IMG/VR virus record: IMGVR_UViG_3300042691_021691 | Coordinates: 1-64,000 of that record | Origin: a virus | Reading direction: 5' to 3' (one strand) | DNA: 64,000 nt | Shown: in pieces, positions 43,561 to 54,857 of the stretch | How the letters are laid out: the number at the start of each line of letters is the position of its first letter | How positions within the stretch are numbered: the first letter of the stretch is position 1 | Notes under the pieces: model-generated | Database searches by the model: none | Told to the model about the DNA's origin: nothing | The model's input: only the letters and a program-made list of their open reading frames with translations | Made by a program: the position numbers and the translations under genes

Positions 43561-45273
43561 ATGATTAAAGTAAATAATTTGTTGCAAATCGACGAAGATT
43601 TGAGTTCACTATTAAAATTCGTATATTTGCGAGGTTCAAATACAGCACTTGGACAGGTGGGGTTTACAGCAAGAAACATACATACTAGAAGAATCAGAGC
43701 AAGTATAGCCGGAGATGCAGGAATTCAATTTATTCCTTCGACGTTTGAACTAGATCCTGGTCAAGTCAGAACTGTATTGCTAAATGTTGCTGACGTTGCG
43801 TTTTTAGAAACTCTTCCAGTAGGAACTACATCTGTAGATTTTAGAATTTCTGCATCCGAAATTCTACCACCGGTGGTGCTATTGCCAGAACCAAGAGTTC
43901 CTGGTCTTCCTCCTGCGCCTGCAATCGTATTAGGGTGCTTGGATCCGAGCGCAACAAATTACAATCCATCTGCTAATATGAGCGATGGTTCATGTCAATA
44001 TCCACCTATATTGCCTCCGTCGATTAGAGGATGCACAGATCCAAATTCAATAAATTATAATCCGTATGCAACTTTAAATGATGGTAGTTGTATAGCTAGA
44101 AGTCCTATTCCTGATATACCACCGCCACCGGTATATGGATGTATGGATCCTTCTGCATTGAACTATAATCCAACAGCTACCGTAAATACCGGATGCCAAT
44201 ATAAACAACGAGTTCGTGGGTGTACAAATCCAAGAGCAACAAATTATAATCCCAATGCGGAAATAGAAGATGGATCGTGTACGTTACCAGGACGTTGGGT
44301 TCTGGTGGAAACTGCACGACCATATTCCACTTCAACTACGGTAATTACACAAAAATCTCCTGAAAATAGACAAGAGGCATCTGCAGATAATAACTTTGTT
44401 GGTGGCTACTATTATACGGAATATGGATATATAGAAACTACTACATATGGAGCACAATATACATATCAATTAGAAGGTGATGCATCGGTGGCAGGACCAA
44501 GACCAACGGATCCTCCCAGAGAAGTAAATGTTATCAGAGGTGACATAACTGTCATCGCAAATAGATTTATACGTGGCGATGATCCCGTATTTGAGGTATG
44601 TAATAGAATTGGAGAAGTTACACAAACTAGGGATATAGGAAATGGATACGCCAATATATGTAGATTAATTCAACATGAATTCACTCCAGGAGGTTGTAGA
44701 GAATCTTGTGTGAATGAATTTGTTGGTGTATATGGATGTACAAATCCACGAGCAAGAAACTATAACCCATCGGCAACCATAGATGATAATTCATGCATAG
44801 TTATCGAAGCTCCAATATACGGTTGTACCGATCCATCGGCAATCAATTATAATAGTTCCGCAACGGTCAATGATAATAGTTGCACATACCAAGTGCGTGG
44901 ATGTACCGATCCAGCCGCTCTAAATTATAATCCATCGGCTACTATAAACGATGGTAGCTGCACGTATCAACGTATAACAACGACAGTTAGAGGATGCACA
45001 GATCCTGCAGCAACAAATTACAATCCATCCGCAACTCAAAATGATGGCAGCTGTAATTATATCACTCCTTCGATTTATGGTTGTATGGATCCATCAGCGA
45101 TAAATTATGATCCTAATGCAACTTCAAACCAAGGCGTAATTTGCTCTTATCCCACCGTAGGTGGTGGCGGCGGCGGTGGTGGAGGTGGTGGCTTTATTTA
45201 TACAGGGATTAATGGAGATGAGCGTACCAATGCATTTGGTGGTGGTACTGTAAATGAACAATTTATGATTTAA
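43561..45273 (+). CDS. Structural protein with 9 GCxDPxAxNY repeats
   Basis: Repeats counted in the translation; Pro-rich linkers; Gly-rich tail. Confidence 0.75.
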   Translation: MIKVNNLLQIDEDLSSLLKFVYLRGSNTALGQVGFTARNIHTRRIRASIAGDAGIQFIPSTFELDPGQVRTVLLNVADVAFLETLPVGTTSVDFRISASEILPPVVLLPEPRVPGLPPAPAIVLGCLDPSATNYNPSANMSDGSCQYPPILPPSIRGCTDPNSINYNPYATLNDGSCIARSPIPDIPPPPVYGCMDPSALNYNPTATVNTGCQYKQRVRGCTNPRATNYNPNAEIEDGSCTLPGRWVLVETARPYSTSTTVITQKSPENRQEASADNNFVGGYYYTEYGYIETTTYGAQYTYQLEGDASVAGPRPTDPPREVNVIRGDITVIANRFIRGDDPVFEVCNRIGEVTQTRDIGNGYANICRLIQHEFTPGGCRESCVNEFVGVYGCTNPRARNYNPSATIDDNSCIVIEAPIYGCTDPSAINYNSSATVNDNSCTYQVRGCTDPAALNYNPSATINDGSCTYQRITTTVRGCTDPAATNYNPSATQNDGSCNYITPSIYGCMDPSAINYDPNATSNQGVICSYPTVGGGGGGGGGGGFIYTGINGDERTNAFGGGTVNEQFMI

Positions 45274-46200
45274 TGATAGATGATAATCGACGACGATATT
45301 AATAAATTTGTTGACGAACAAAGTGGCGGAGGCGGTGGATCTTCGTATGGCGGTGGTACAGTTGGTACCACCGTCGTATATGGTTGTACCGATCCAACGG
45401 CTTTTAATTATTCACCAGGCGCAAATGCGGATGATGGAAATTGTCAATATTATACACAAACGCCAATAGGACTTCCTCCTGCTCCAATTGTAGGCTGTAC
45501 AGATTCCAAAGCATACAATTATAATTCATCGGCTACTCAAGATGATGGAAGTTGTAAATATCCACCGGCTGTAATATTTGGATGTACGGATTCCACGGCA
45601 CAGAATTACAATCCAACCGCAACGCAAGATGACGGATCGTGCATAAGGTTTATAGGACTACCCCCTATAGATTTAACAAAAACTATAGGATGTAAAGATC
45701 CTACGGCATTAAATTACGATCCAAATGCATTTGTATCGGATGATCGATTATGCGAATATCCACAAATTGAACAAATAAGAGCAGGATGTACAGATCCAAG
45801 AGCAAAAAATTATAATCCATCTGCTATTGCAGATGATGGGTCATGCCTTTTTTACCCAGCAGGAGATGATAATCCATCGCACATCTATGGGTGTACAAAT
45901 GCCACGGCTGTAAATTATAATCCCGAGGCGACTCTAGATGATGGTAGTTGTACATTTGCAATTAGAGGATGTACCATATCATCGGCAATAAATTATAATC
46001 CATATGCTAGTATTGATGACGGTACATGTGTATTTGATGAGCAAGTATACGGATGTACCGATCCATCTGCAATTAATTATAATAGATTGGCGACGGTTGA
46101 TAATGGTATATGTAGATATTTAGAACCTGTTGTCGGATGTAAAAATCCAGAAGCATCAAATTATAATCCATCGGCGGCTATTCACGATGGTAATATGTGT
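43933..46200 (+). repeat. 18 copies of a ~21-aa GC(T/M)DPxAxNYNPxAxxDDGSC repeat across two genes
   Basis: 9 plus 9 copies visible in the ORF translations. Confidence 0.9.
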
Positions 46201-49200
46201 GAATATCCCCCTCCGCCGTTGCCACCACCACAACAGCCTCCTGCATTTGCTGCTGTAAATTTGAATGCAAATATTCAAGTGGTGGACAATCTACCAGTTC
46301 AAGTTACATTTAATGTAGTTGATCCTTCTCCTGCCGGGATAATTACTATTGAAGTGGAACCAATCCAAATTGATGTATCTTCTGTTATACTTGGATTGAT
46401 TAACTCATACATAACCGATGCATATATTACATTTATAGATCCATTACGGTTCTATAAATTATTATTAAATTTTGGCGACGATGCACAAAATGTAATTGCA
46501 AACTATAGATTGAATCCTATAAGTGCAAACGAATTACAATTAAAATTAACAGCGCCAATTCCAGAAGAATATGGTGTTAATTCGAATGTATTCTTATCAA
46601 GAGAAGTAGCAAAAACATTTATAGATGAAATTAAAGTTGCACTAGCCGCACCAAAAGACAAAACGCCATATCTTAGACCATTAAATACTAAAATTAAAGT
46701 TCCTGGTAACTATAAAGAAATCGCACAAGCCACATTACAGACATTACAGCTTGACATAGGGGCAACCGGTAGAATTGAAAATGCAGCTTCATACGAGGAT
46801 AGCATTTTTAGAAAATGGTATTCATATGATTGGAATTCATCGGAATTAAATCAAGATTTTGCCGACTATAATAACTTCGTATTTTATGGTTCTGCGGAAT
46901 TGCGACTGAAGGCGTTCCGAGAAAAACTACGTCAGCTTGAATTGGAACAAAATAAAGTAGTACAAACAGTATACCAAATTACGACAGGATCGGCATATAC
47001 AGGATCAAATTCTCAAATAGCTGGACCTATTTCACTAGGTAGTTCTTATTCGGATGTGACGGTTGTTAGCGGTTCTCTTGCAACGTATAACACATTAGCT
47101 ACTGCTTCATTAGGAGCGGCACTAAATATAGAAAAAATAATTAGATCATTCGATCCATATGAACGGTATTTATTCTATTCTGATGGAACCACCCCATATT
47201 CCGCCAGCGCAGATTATGTAGCTGATGGATACGAATATTCTGCAAATGGTGCATGGCCTAAAAACCAAGCAAATCAATTATATAGTTATACTTCATCTGT
47301 TGCGACTGCGTGGTTCACTACACAATCATTAATAGCACAAAGATTTGATGAGTTCAATCAAAACTCATTGATGTATACCATCCCAAATCATATCTATTAT
47401 GATGATGATTCTCAATCATTTACTACATTTATTTTAACGGTAGGACATTTCTTCGATAATATTAAACCATATATCGATCAAATGACTACGAACGTTTATG
47501 ATAGAGGTTTTAATCCTGATGAGGGAATGTCAATCGATCTCATATGGGAAATCGCAGAAACGTTTGGAGTTAAATTACCAAATCCATACAGTGTATACAC
47601 ATTACAAGAATATATTTTACCGAGCGCAACAAGTTCTACGCAGATTCGTAATGTTTCTGCCGAGACATGGAAGAGATTCTTAAATAGTTTAATTTTCTTA
47701 TTAAAATCTAGAGGAACTAAAACTGCAATTAATTCGTTCTTAAGAATTTTAGGAATACATCCACAGGTAATATCAGTTAAAGAATCGGAAGTTAACACTA
47801 CTTCTTCGTTCTTTATTACAGAAGAGTTTAGCAATGGATTAGAATTTGATGGTGCAATTTCTTCTTATATAAAATTGCCAATGTCATCTTCATTACGAGA
47901 TGCAAAGACCATTCAAATAAGATATGCAACTAATATAGAGCAAAACGCAACGCTAGGAAATGCAGATACTAAATTTGCATTGAACATAAAAACATATCCG
48001 TCTGATAGTAGATACGGTAGACTTGAATTAATTAGCTCAAGTAATGTTATAGTATCTAGCAGTTATATGAAGATGTTCGATAATGAATTTATAGATGTTA
48101 TGCTGCGAAGATATCCGTCATATGTAGATATGACTGTTATAAAAAACGATGGTGAAGAAGTAATATATTCGTCATCCAACGTATCTTCTACAGGAAACAT
48201 TATTAATCTATGGACTTCTTCGCGAGATTTTTATGTAGGTGGATCGGGATCATTAAAACTGGCATCTAATTTTGATGGTATAATTGATGAAGTTAGAGTT
48301 TGGGGAGAATTAATAGAAGACGATACGTTCATACAACAAACGTTCGATCCAGGATCATACACGGGTAATACATATACATCCTCAATAAACGACTTATTCG
48401 TCCAGTTATCATTTAATAGAGAATATGATCTATCAACTAGATTCTTAGGAAACGAATCGCCATATTTTAACTTAAATGGTGTAAGTGATCCGTTAGATGT
48501 AATTGCTAGAACTAACATTGAACTAATTAATGCCGAAGGATTTACATCAACTTCTGCATATACCAGATTTAATAGAAAGGTAAGATTAAATATTCCAACA
48601 TTTGGAGGATCGTCATACACTACTTCTAAAGTAAAAGTGGCAGATGCTCCTGTATTTTCTCCCAGAGATTTGGATGCAAATAATGTTCCTGTTTTAAAGC
48701 GTAAGTCTAGTATCGTATCATTAAAAGATAAAGAATTGCGTCAAAGTACAAACATCGTAAGCATAACGATATCTCCTGCGGATTTCCAAAATCAAAATAT
48801 AGCTCGTGCGTTTGGTGGATTTAATGTAAATAATTTAATTGGAGATCCTGCAGAGATAGCTGCACCAGAATATAAAAAGTTAAAAGAACTGCAAAACATA
48901 TACAGTAAATATTTTTATAGCAAAGTTGATACAAATAGATTGATACGTATTTTTGAAACTGTATTAGATGGAATGACAGATTTTATTGATTTCTTAGTTC
49001 CGTTAAAATCAAAACTCCAAACAGGCATATTGATTGAGCCTAATATGCTTGAGAGAGTTAAGGTTTCAAATTATAAGAGAATTTCTGTAGATGGATCTCA
49101 AACTAGAAATTCTATAAATTCTGCTAATACTGCAAGTCTTTTCGTTGCAACGGATCACATCTATTCGTTAGAAAAAACTATAAATACATTAGAAACATCA

Positions 49201-51321
49201 TTCAATCCTGTATTAACATTTAATGAAAGTTCATCATACCAAGATTATTATATTAATTTAACCGGATCCGCAGTAACTCCTGCGTTCTTTGATGAGAAAT
49301 CAGTAACATCTAATTCTGTAGCTGACCGTTCATACTTGGTAAATACTTCAAGTATTAATGTCAAAGATACCACGGATATAACGTCATCAATGTATTCAGA
49401 TGGTAGAGATTTTATACTATTTGAAACTGGTGCGATATTTGATAATAGTATGTCGATGCCAGGAATAACATTTGATTATAATTCACCATCGGAATTTGCT
49501 ATAGAAGATGGCGGGGTATTCTTGCGAGATTTATTCACGACGGGATCGGTTATTAATACAAGCGATATAGTCAACACGCGAGTAGACTATGGAACCACAG
49601 CAAAGTCAGGATCTACAGATGTAACGCACCAAGTATTAGATTTAGTAAAGGATGGAGTTACATTAGATCAAAAGCTTTCATACATAATTGGTGGAAAGGA
49701 TTATTATGGTAACTATAATTCTGTAGGAGAACGTACCGAAAGTGAATCGATAGAAACTATTGGTATGCATAACCTAAGAAATATAGAAATTGCATCCGGA
49801 TCAATTCCTGGATCACACACTCCATACATAAGAAATTATATACAAAGAGAAAATATAATAGATATGAATACTAATAATATTCATAAATGGGGTATTGGAT
49901 TTGACGGGAATAGAATAAAATATGTTACAGATGGAACCGGGCAAGTATATCCATTTGCTATGGGTATTGCATTAGGAAATGATGCATCAGGAAATCCATT
50001 GGATAGAACAAATATAAAATATCTATATGAAATAGGACCTATTAGTGATTTTACTGACTTAGGAGTTACTACATATTTTTATAAGAGCGATGGATTATAT
50101 ACATTCCCAACAAGAATATATTCGATAATCGGCAGAAATACTTATAATTTCTTACCGGGCGCATATACAGATACTCGTATATTGAGTGGGTCATTTGCTG
50201 AATGGACATATGGAACTGCATATTCAGAAAATGATGTAGTGGTGCAAAATATTTCTTCCGTAACTGATATATCCGATCCAAATGTTTCTACATTAAAAAC
50301 TCTAAATACTAAAGTAATTAATCAAATAGAAACTGTTAGATTAGCCAAACAAGAACTCGCAGGTGCCAGCGACGAAAATAGATCTACTCTGACCAATGCA
50401 CTTAGAGATGCGGAACGAATACTAGACGTATATACCGAAGATTATAACAAGTTTAGAGATGATTTACGAGCGGCAGCTGCCGGAAATAAATATTTCTTTA
50501 GATTTAAGAGAAAGACATCGATTTCTCCATACTACTCATATATTCCTCCATTCATAGATAGACAGAATTGGGAGTTATTGGTATACACGCCTAATCTACA
50601 ACAAATTGCCAAGCGAGTGTTGCTAGATACAAATCAACTGGATATTTATAGTAGAGCATTTTCCGGACTGACAGTTACAGATCCATCTAAAACTGGAGAT
50701 ATCATCGGAAGAAATGAATTTATTCTGAGAGATGATATAGTATTTGGTCCAAATCAAACCCTTCAAGGTGTGTTTAATTTGGCAAAGGTAGCTGAGTTAT
50801 TAGCATTGAAGATGGAATCTTCGACAAATTATAGAATCAGATTATACAGAACAGCTACACAACGTGCAGATGACGCATCCAGAGCGTTTGGAGCAGAACC
50901 CACAGGAGATCATGGAGTATTATTCGACGGTATAGTAGAAAATACGAGTTATAATATTTTAAGTCCATCTGTTAGACTGGTAAATGGAGATGCTCCTGAA
51001 GAATCTGCTATATATTATAGTATAACTAACTTAGATGCCACACCAAAAGTATTTAAAATTAAGCTATATTTATATGTTTATGAGGGAGAAAAGCGAGTTC
51101 CTCTTGGGTATTTGCCTAGACATTATAAATTTACCAGAGATAACGCAACGGCAACTAAGAGAAGAAATTATATAGGATGTTTGCAGACTAAACAAACTAC
51201 AACTGACGGATTGGAGCCAATTGAAGTCAGTATTAGTTCAGGAACGGATATTACGGTATCTAACACCAGCCCAAATGATTCTATAGTATTAGGCGGTGGT
51301 GGAACATTAAATGTCACGTAA
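45280..51321 (+). CDS. Large baseplate/tail protein (2013 aa), N-terminal Cys repeats, LamG-like domain
   Basis: YNNFVFYGSA, LLKSRGT, FDGIIDEVRVW (LamG-like). Confidence 0.75.
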   Translation: MIIDDDINKFVDEQSGGGGGSSYGGGTVGTTVVYGCTDPTAFNYSPGANADDGNCQYYTQTPIGLPPAPIVGCTDSKAYNYNSSATQDDGSCKYPPAVIFGCTDSTAQNYNPTATQDDGSCIRFIGLPPIDLTKTIGCKDPTALNYDPNAFVSDDRLCEYPQIEQIRAGCTDPRAKNYNPSAIADDGSCLFYPAGDDNPSHIYGCTNATAVNYNPEATLDDGSCTFAIRGCTISSAINYNPYASIDDGTCVFDEQVYGCTDPSAINYNRLATVDNGICRYLEPVVGCKNPEASNYNPSAAIHDGNMCEYPPPPLPPPQQPPAFAAVNLNANIQVVDNLPVQVTFNVVDPSPAGIITIEVEPIQIDVSSVILGLINSYITDAYITFIDPLRFYKLLLNFGDDAQNVIANYRLNPISANELQLKLTAPIPEEYGVNSNVFLSREVAKTFIDEIKVALAAPKDKTPYLRPLNTKIKVPGNYKEIAQATLQTLQLDIGATGRIENAASYEDSIFRKWYSYDWNSSELNQDFADYNNFVFYGSAELRLKAFREKLRQLELEQNKVVQTVYQITTGSAYTGSNSQIAGPISLGSSYSDVTVVSGSLATYNTLATASLGAALNIEKIIRSFDPYERYLFYSDGTTPYSASADYVADGYEYSANGAWPKNQANQLYSYTSSVATAWFTTQSLIAQRFDEFNQNSLMYTIPNHIYYDDDSQSFTTFILTVGHFFDNIKPYIDQMTTNVYDRGFNPDEGMSIDLIWEIAETFGVKLPNPYSVYTLQEYILPSATSSTQIRNVSAETWKRFLNSLIFLLKSRGTKTAINSFLRILGIHPQVISVKESEVNTTSSFFITEEFSNGLEFDGAISSYIKLPMSSSLRDAKTIQIRYATNIEQNATLGNADTKFALNIKTYPSDSRYGRLELISSSNVIVSSSYMKMFDNEFIDVMLRRYPSYVDMTVIKNDGEEVIYSSSNVSSTGNIINLWTSSRDFYVGGSGSLKLASNFDGIIDEVRVWGELIEDDTFIQQTFDPGSYTGNTYTSSINDLFVQLSFNREYDLSTRFLGNESPYFNLNGVSDPLDVIARTNIELINAEGFTSTSAYTRFNRKVRLNIPTFGGSSYTTSKVKVADAPVFSPRDLDANNVPVLKRKSSIVSLKDKELRQSTNIVSITISPADFQNQNIARAFGGFNVNNLIGDPAEIAAPEYKKLKELQNIYSKYFYSKVDTNRLIRIFETVLDGMTDFIDFLVPLKSKLQTGILIEPNMLERVKVSNYKRISVDGSQTRNSINSANTASLFVATDHIYSLEKTINTLETSFNPVLTFNESSSYQDYYINLTGSAVTPAFFDEKSVTSNSVADRSYLVNTSSINVKDTTDITSSMYSDGRDFILFETGAIFDNSMSMPGITFDYNSPSEFAIEDGGVFLRDLFTTGSVINTSDIVNTRVDYGTTAKSGSTDVTHQVLDLVKDGVTLDQKLSYIIGGKDYYGNYNSVGERTESESIETIGMHNLRNIEIASGSIPGSHTPYIRNYIQRENIIDMNTNNIHKWGIGFDGNRIKYVTDGTGQVYPFAMGIALGNDASGNPLDRTNIKYLYEIGPISDFTDLGVTTYFYKSDGLYTFPTRIYSIIGRNTYNFLPGAYTDTRILSGSFAEWTYGTAYSENDVVVQNISSVTDISDPNVSTLKTLNTKVINQIETVRLAKQELAGASDENRSTLTNALRDAERILDVYTEDYNKFRDDLRAAAAGNKYFFRFKRKTSISPYYSYIPPFIDRQNWELLVYTPNLQQIAKRVLLDTNQLDIYSRAFSGLTVTDPSKTGDIIGRNEFILRDDIVFGPNQTLQGVFNLAKVAELLALKMESSTNYRIRLYRTATQRADDASRAFGAEPTGDHGVLFDGIVENTSYNILSPSVRLVNGDAPEESAIYYSITNLDATPKVFKIKLYLYVYEGEKRVPLGYLPRHYKFTRDNATATKRRNYIGCLQTKQTTTDGLEPIEVSISSGTDITVSNTSPNDSIVLGGGGTLNVT

Positions 51322-51379
51322 AATCAAAGAAAAACAATATTGTATTATATTTATAGACATACATTTAGGAGCATAAATT

Positions 51380-52021
51380 ATGGGATATCTTGACAAATCG
51401 GCAATCACAGTAGATGCGGTTCTTACCAAAAAAGGTAGAGAATTATTGGCGAAGGGCAGACAGGGATTCAAAATCTCTCAGTTTGCAGTAGCAGATGATG
51501 AAGTAGATTATACGTTATACGACACGGCGCATCCGTTGGGAACCGCATATTACGGATCCATTATTGAAGGTATGCCATTATTGGAAGCAACTTCAGATGA
51601 AACGCAAGCATTGCGGTTTAAACTAGTAACACTTCCACGCGGAACCAAGGAAGTTCCGATCATTTCTCTTGGCTATTCTTCAATAACATTGACATATGGC
51701 GTCTCGGCGGCGGTTACAATTGTACCGTCTACGTCACAAGGATTCAATGGTCCTGGATTTGGATATACGGCAGTGTTGTATGACAGTTCGGCTGGAATTC
51801 TATCTGGCACTGGATTAACCACATCACCAACTACTCCGGTATTTATTGGAGAAGGTGTAACTAATAATGCAACCGTTGTGCGTGGTATTCAATTTACATT
51901 AGCGCCACGAGATGTGTCGGCACAAACCGAAACGCAATTAACAATTATTGGAAACCAAACCGGTGCTTCGGTTACTATTCCAATTACTATAAAACCACAA
52001 CCAGTAGCAACTCAAGGCTAA
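51380..52021 (+). CDS. Virion structural protein
   Basis: MGYLD..AITVDAVLTKKGRELLA...FAVADDEVDY. Confidence 0.75.
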   Translation: MGYLDKSAITVDAVLTKKGRELLAKGRQGFKISQFAVADDEVDYTLYDTAHPLGTAYYGSIIEGMPLLEATSDETQALRFKLVTLPRGTKEVPIISLGYSSITLTYGVSAAVTIVPSTSQGFNGPGFGYTAVLYDSSAGILSGTGLTTSPTTPVFIGEGVTNNATVVRGIQFTLAPRDVSAQTETQLTIIGNQTGASVTIPITIKPQPVATQG

Positions 52022-52039
52022 TTCAGAGGATAATAACAT

Positions 52040-53191
52040 ATGTCAATTTATAAGCAATTCGAAGATGATGATATAGTAGAAGCCAACGCGACAGTTATTA
52101 CCACTGGTATTTGGACAGGTGATACGGGTTCGCTTTCCGGTGACATCTATACATCAAGTGTTCAGGTAGGCAGAAGTGGTGAATATTATTATGATTGTTA
52201 TCAAGCAAGCCCTCTTGCATCTAGTTCTGTCGCAGAAGTACAATTTGCGGTAACGTATGGACACGTCAGTGGTGGTGGTGCTCCTACACTATTGGATAAT
52301 GATCTAGCAACTTTATCCACAAAGGCGATTTATAAGCAATATAAGAATTTATTGTTGGATACATCGGATGACTTATTTACCTTCTTGAATCACAATGCAC
52401 AACATATCTATGTAATTAATTTCCAACGTGCACGTTTGAGAGAAAAATTAGATCCAGGCAATTGGGCGTTAACATTATCAGGATCTAACGGATTATTTAC
52501 ATTTATTGACGATAGCGGACAGACGCTTGGTGATTTGGCTGCAAATAGTAAAGCAGGTAGAGTATTCAATGTAGTACAAGGATCATTAACGGGTCCATCT
52601 GGTAGCACAATCACTGCAATATCCGCCAGTGGACATGACGAGTTAAGCGGACAAGTTGGATTTGGATTGGTATATCCTGACCTAGGATTGATTATCTTGA
52701 ACCCAGATGCAATTTCACCGGTAGTAGGTTTTAATCCGTTCAAAGGAACAAATACAGGATCATATAGTTCATCTATACAAAACTTTAAATATACTGGATC
52801 ATACGTTCCGTTTGCACCGTTTACTGCATCGTTGGTTGCCGCATCTGGAAGTGTACATCAATATAATCACGAAGCATTAGTGCGTTCTATGCAAATTGCA
52901 ATGAGAGCAGGATATGATTTCCAAGCACGTTCGTCGGAAACTATTGCATCTACTCATTATTTCGTGAGATTGCGTAACAAAGAATTTAATTATTCAAACA
53001 ATCCAACATTCTATAATGCAAGCAATGGATCAATCATTTTAACGGATTTCTATAAGGATCCTAAAGTGTTTGTCACATCAATTGGATTATATAATACACA
53101 AAATGAATTGTTGGCAGTAGCTAAATTAAGTAGACCATTAGAAAAGAGCTTTGACAAAGAAGCACTCATTCGAGTAAGACTCGACTTCTAA
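52040..53191 (+). CDS. Virion structural (tail) protein
   Basis: C-terminal VTSIGLYN..NELLAVAKLS.P...RLDF. Confidence 0.75.
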   Translation: MSIYKQFEDDDIVEANATVITTGIWTGDTGSLSGDIYTSSVQVGRSGEYYYDCYQASPLASSSVAEVQFAVTYGHVSGGGAPTLLDNDLATLSTKAIYKQYKNLLLDTSDDLFTFLNHNAQHIYVINFQRARLREKLDPGNWALTLSGSNGLFTFIDDSGQTLGDLAANSKAGRVFNVVQGSLTGPSGSTITAISASGHDELSGQVGFGLVYPDLGLIILNPDAISPVVGFNPFKGTNTGSYSSSIQNFKYTGSYVPFAPFTASLVAASGSVHQYNHEALVRSMQIAMRAGYDFQARSSETIASTHYFVRLRNKEFNYSNNPTFYNASNGSIILTDFYKDPKVFVTSIGLYNTQNELLAVAKLSRPLEKSFDKEALIRVRLDF

Positions 53192-53206
53192 TACTAGGGG
53201 GTTACT

Positions 53207-54082
53207 GTGAGTACACACAAAGCAATAGGTAACAATGATTACAAAATTGAAACCTATGTTGCATATGCTTCACAAAGCTTTGTTATAACGTCTGGGTCCG
53301 ATGAAAATCCATCGGACCTAACGTTTAATGTAGCAACCGAACCTCCATATAATTGGCTAATTACGGGCAATCAAGGGACATTAAATATAGAATCACAGTT
53401 GTATTCAAATACGTTGTATAAATCCATATCACATCTATTTTATACCCAGGGAAACCAGGTGTTTTATAGTGGATCGGTGTCAGACGTTACGCAATACACC
53501 CCAACAGGTTCATTTTATGTATTAAGTGCAGCTTCTACCGTAGTGGGAGATGAAATTAAACCCTCCTCGGTATTAATTAAGTTGAATAATTCTGCGTCTT
53601 ATATAAGTGATACACCAACATCAACCCCACAATTAGGATTGCTAAAGGTTAGTGGATCGTCAAATGTTGTGGGGAATGTGTTCTATAAGCATGGAATATT
53701 TGTTTTAAAGGAAAATAGCTTACCAAATACAGTAAATTCGAACGGAATTAAACTGGAAGAAGATGATACGCTGACTGTAGAATTTCAATCAACTGGAACT
53801 ATTTATAAGCATAGGGTATCATGTGAAATTGAACCAAATGAATTTAATTTGGCATGGTTTAATCCAACAATTAGTGCATCATATGCAGCTTCGGGTTCTG
53901 TAGATGGTCAAGGTGAAAAAATATATAGTTTAATGGCTAGTGGTAGTTTAACCCCATACATAACATCTATAGGGTTATACAATGATGAATTTCAACTGCT
54001 GGCGGTTGCTAAATTATCTTCGCCTATTAAGCGGTCATTCTATACAAGACAAACATTTATAGTTCAGTTTGATACAAATTAA
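53207..54082 (+). CDS. Virion structural (tail) protein, paralog of the upstream gene
   Basis: PYITSIGLYND..QLLAVAKLS.P. Confidence 0.75.
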   Translation: MSTHKAIGNNDYKIETYVAYASQSFVITSGSDENPSDLTFNVATEPPYNWLITGNQGTLNIESQLYSNTLYKSISHLFYTQGNQVFYSGSVSDVTQYTPTGSFYVLSAASTVVGDEIKPSSVLIKLNNSASYISDTPTSTPQLGLLKVSGSSNVVGNVFYKHGIFVLKENSLPNTVNSNGIKLEEDDTLTVEFQSTGTIYKHRVSCEIEPNEFNLAWFNPTISASYAASGSVDGQGEKIYSLMASGSLTPYITSIGLYNDEFQLLAVAKLSSPIKRSFYTRQTFIVQFDTN

Positions 54083-54093
54083 CGGAGATTTTT

Positions 54094-54447
54094 ATGGGCC
54101 TAAAAGAAATATACGAAGCATCAACAAATTCTGTTGTTAAGGATGCACGAGACAAAGCCGCCACCCCAGCAGCCGATGCTGATGGTGTAAACTTTTATGA
54201 CAAAGATAGCACTTATCAAGACAACTTTAAGAAACGTGATTATTTAAATAAAGTTGTTACACAGGCAACAACAGATGATGCAACGAATGGAAAGTTTAAA
54301 TCAAAAGCTTTATTATTCTATGCAGATTTAGTTGGCGCAGCAGAAGAAGGCACTCAATTGTATAATCAACGCGACAGCAACACCTATTATACAGAAATAA
54401 ATAAAGCCACACGCGGAGTCACTCAGACATATACTCCAGCTACATAA
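54094..54447 (+). CDS. Hypothetical protein
   Basis: GGAG RBS. Confidence 0.65.
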   Translation: MGLKEIYEASTNSVVKDARDKAATPAADADGVNFYDKDSTYQDNFKKRDYLNKVVTQATTDDATNGKFKSKALLFYADLVGAAEEGTQLYNQRDSNTYYTEINKATRGVTQTYTPAT

Positions 54448-54464
54448 TAATTTATAGAGGTTAT

Positions 54465-54827
54465 ATGAAACCACGTAGTGCAAAAAATAAAGGAAAACGG
54501 TTACAGAATGCAATACGAGATTTAATTTTAGAGCACTTTCCGCAGCTAGAACCAGACGATGTGGTCTCCACATTAATGGGAGATAGTGGAACAGATATTA
54601 AACTGTCTCCTCTAGCACGGAAAGTGTTTCCGTATTCAGCAGAATGTAAAAACCAAGAAAAGTTAAATATATGGTCAGCTTTAGAACAAGCCGAGAATAA
54701 TACAAAGGATAATACAGATCCCGTTGTGTTTTTTAAACGAAACAATACTAAAGTGTATGCAATTATAACGGCAGAACAGTTCTTTAAGCTGGTATCGCCA
54801 CCAAAAGATAATACAGACGAGACTTGA
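54465..54827 (+). CDS. Holliday junction resolvase-like PD-(D/E)XK nuclease
   Basis: SAKNKGKRLQ, GTDI, AECKNQE, PVVFFKRN. Confidence 0.75.
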   Translation: MKPRSAKNKGKRLQNAIRDLILEHFPQLEPDDVVSTLMGDSGTDIKLSPLARKVFPYSAECKNQEKLNIWSALEQAENNTKDNTDPVVFFKRNNTKVYAIITAEQFFKLVSPPKDNTDET

Positions 54828-54852
54828 CATACATTTACCTAATGATTACATT
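54824..54852 (+). promoter_or_regulatory. sigma70-like promoter (possibly leaderless transcript)
   Basis: TTGACA-17nt-TACATT, ending 5 nt before the primase ATG. Confidence 0.55.
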
Positions 54853-54857
54853 TAGGT

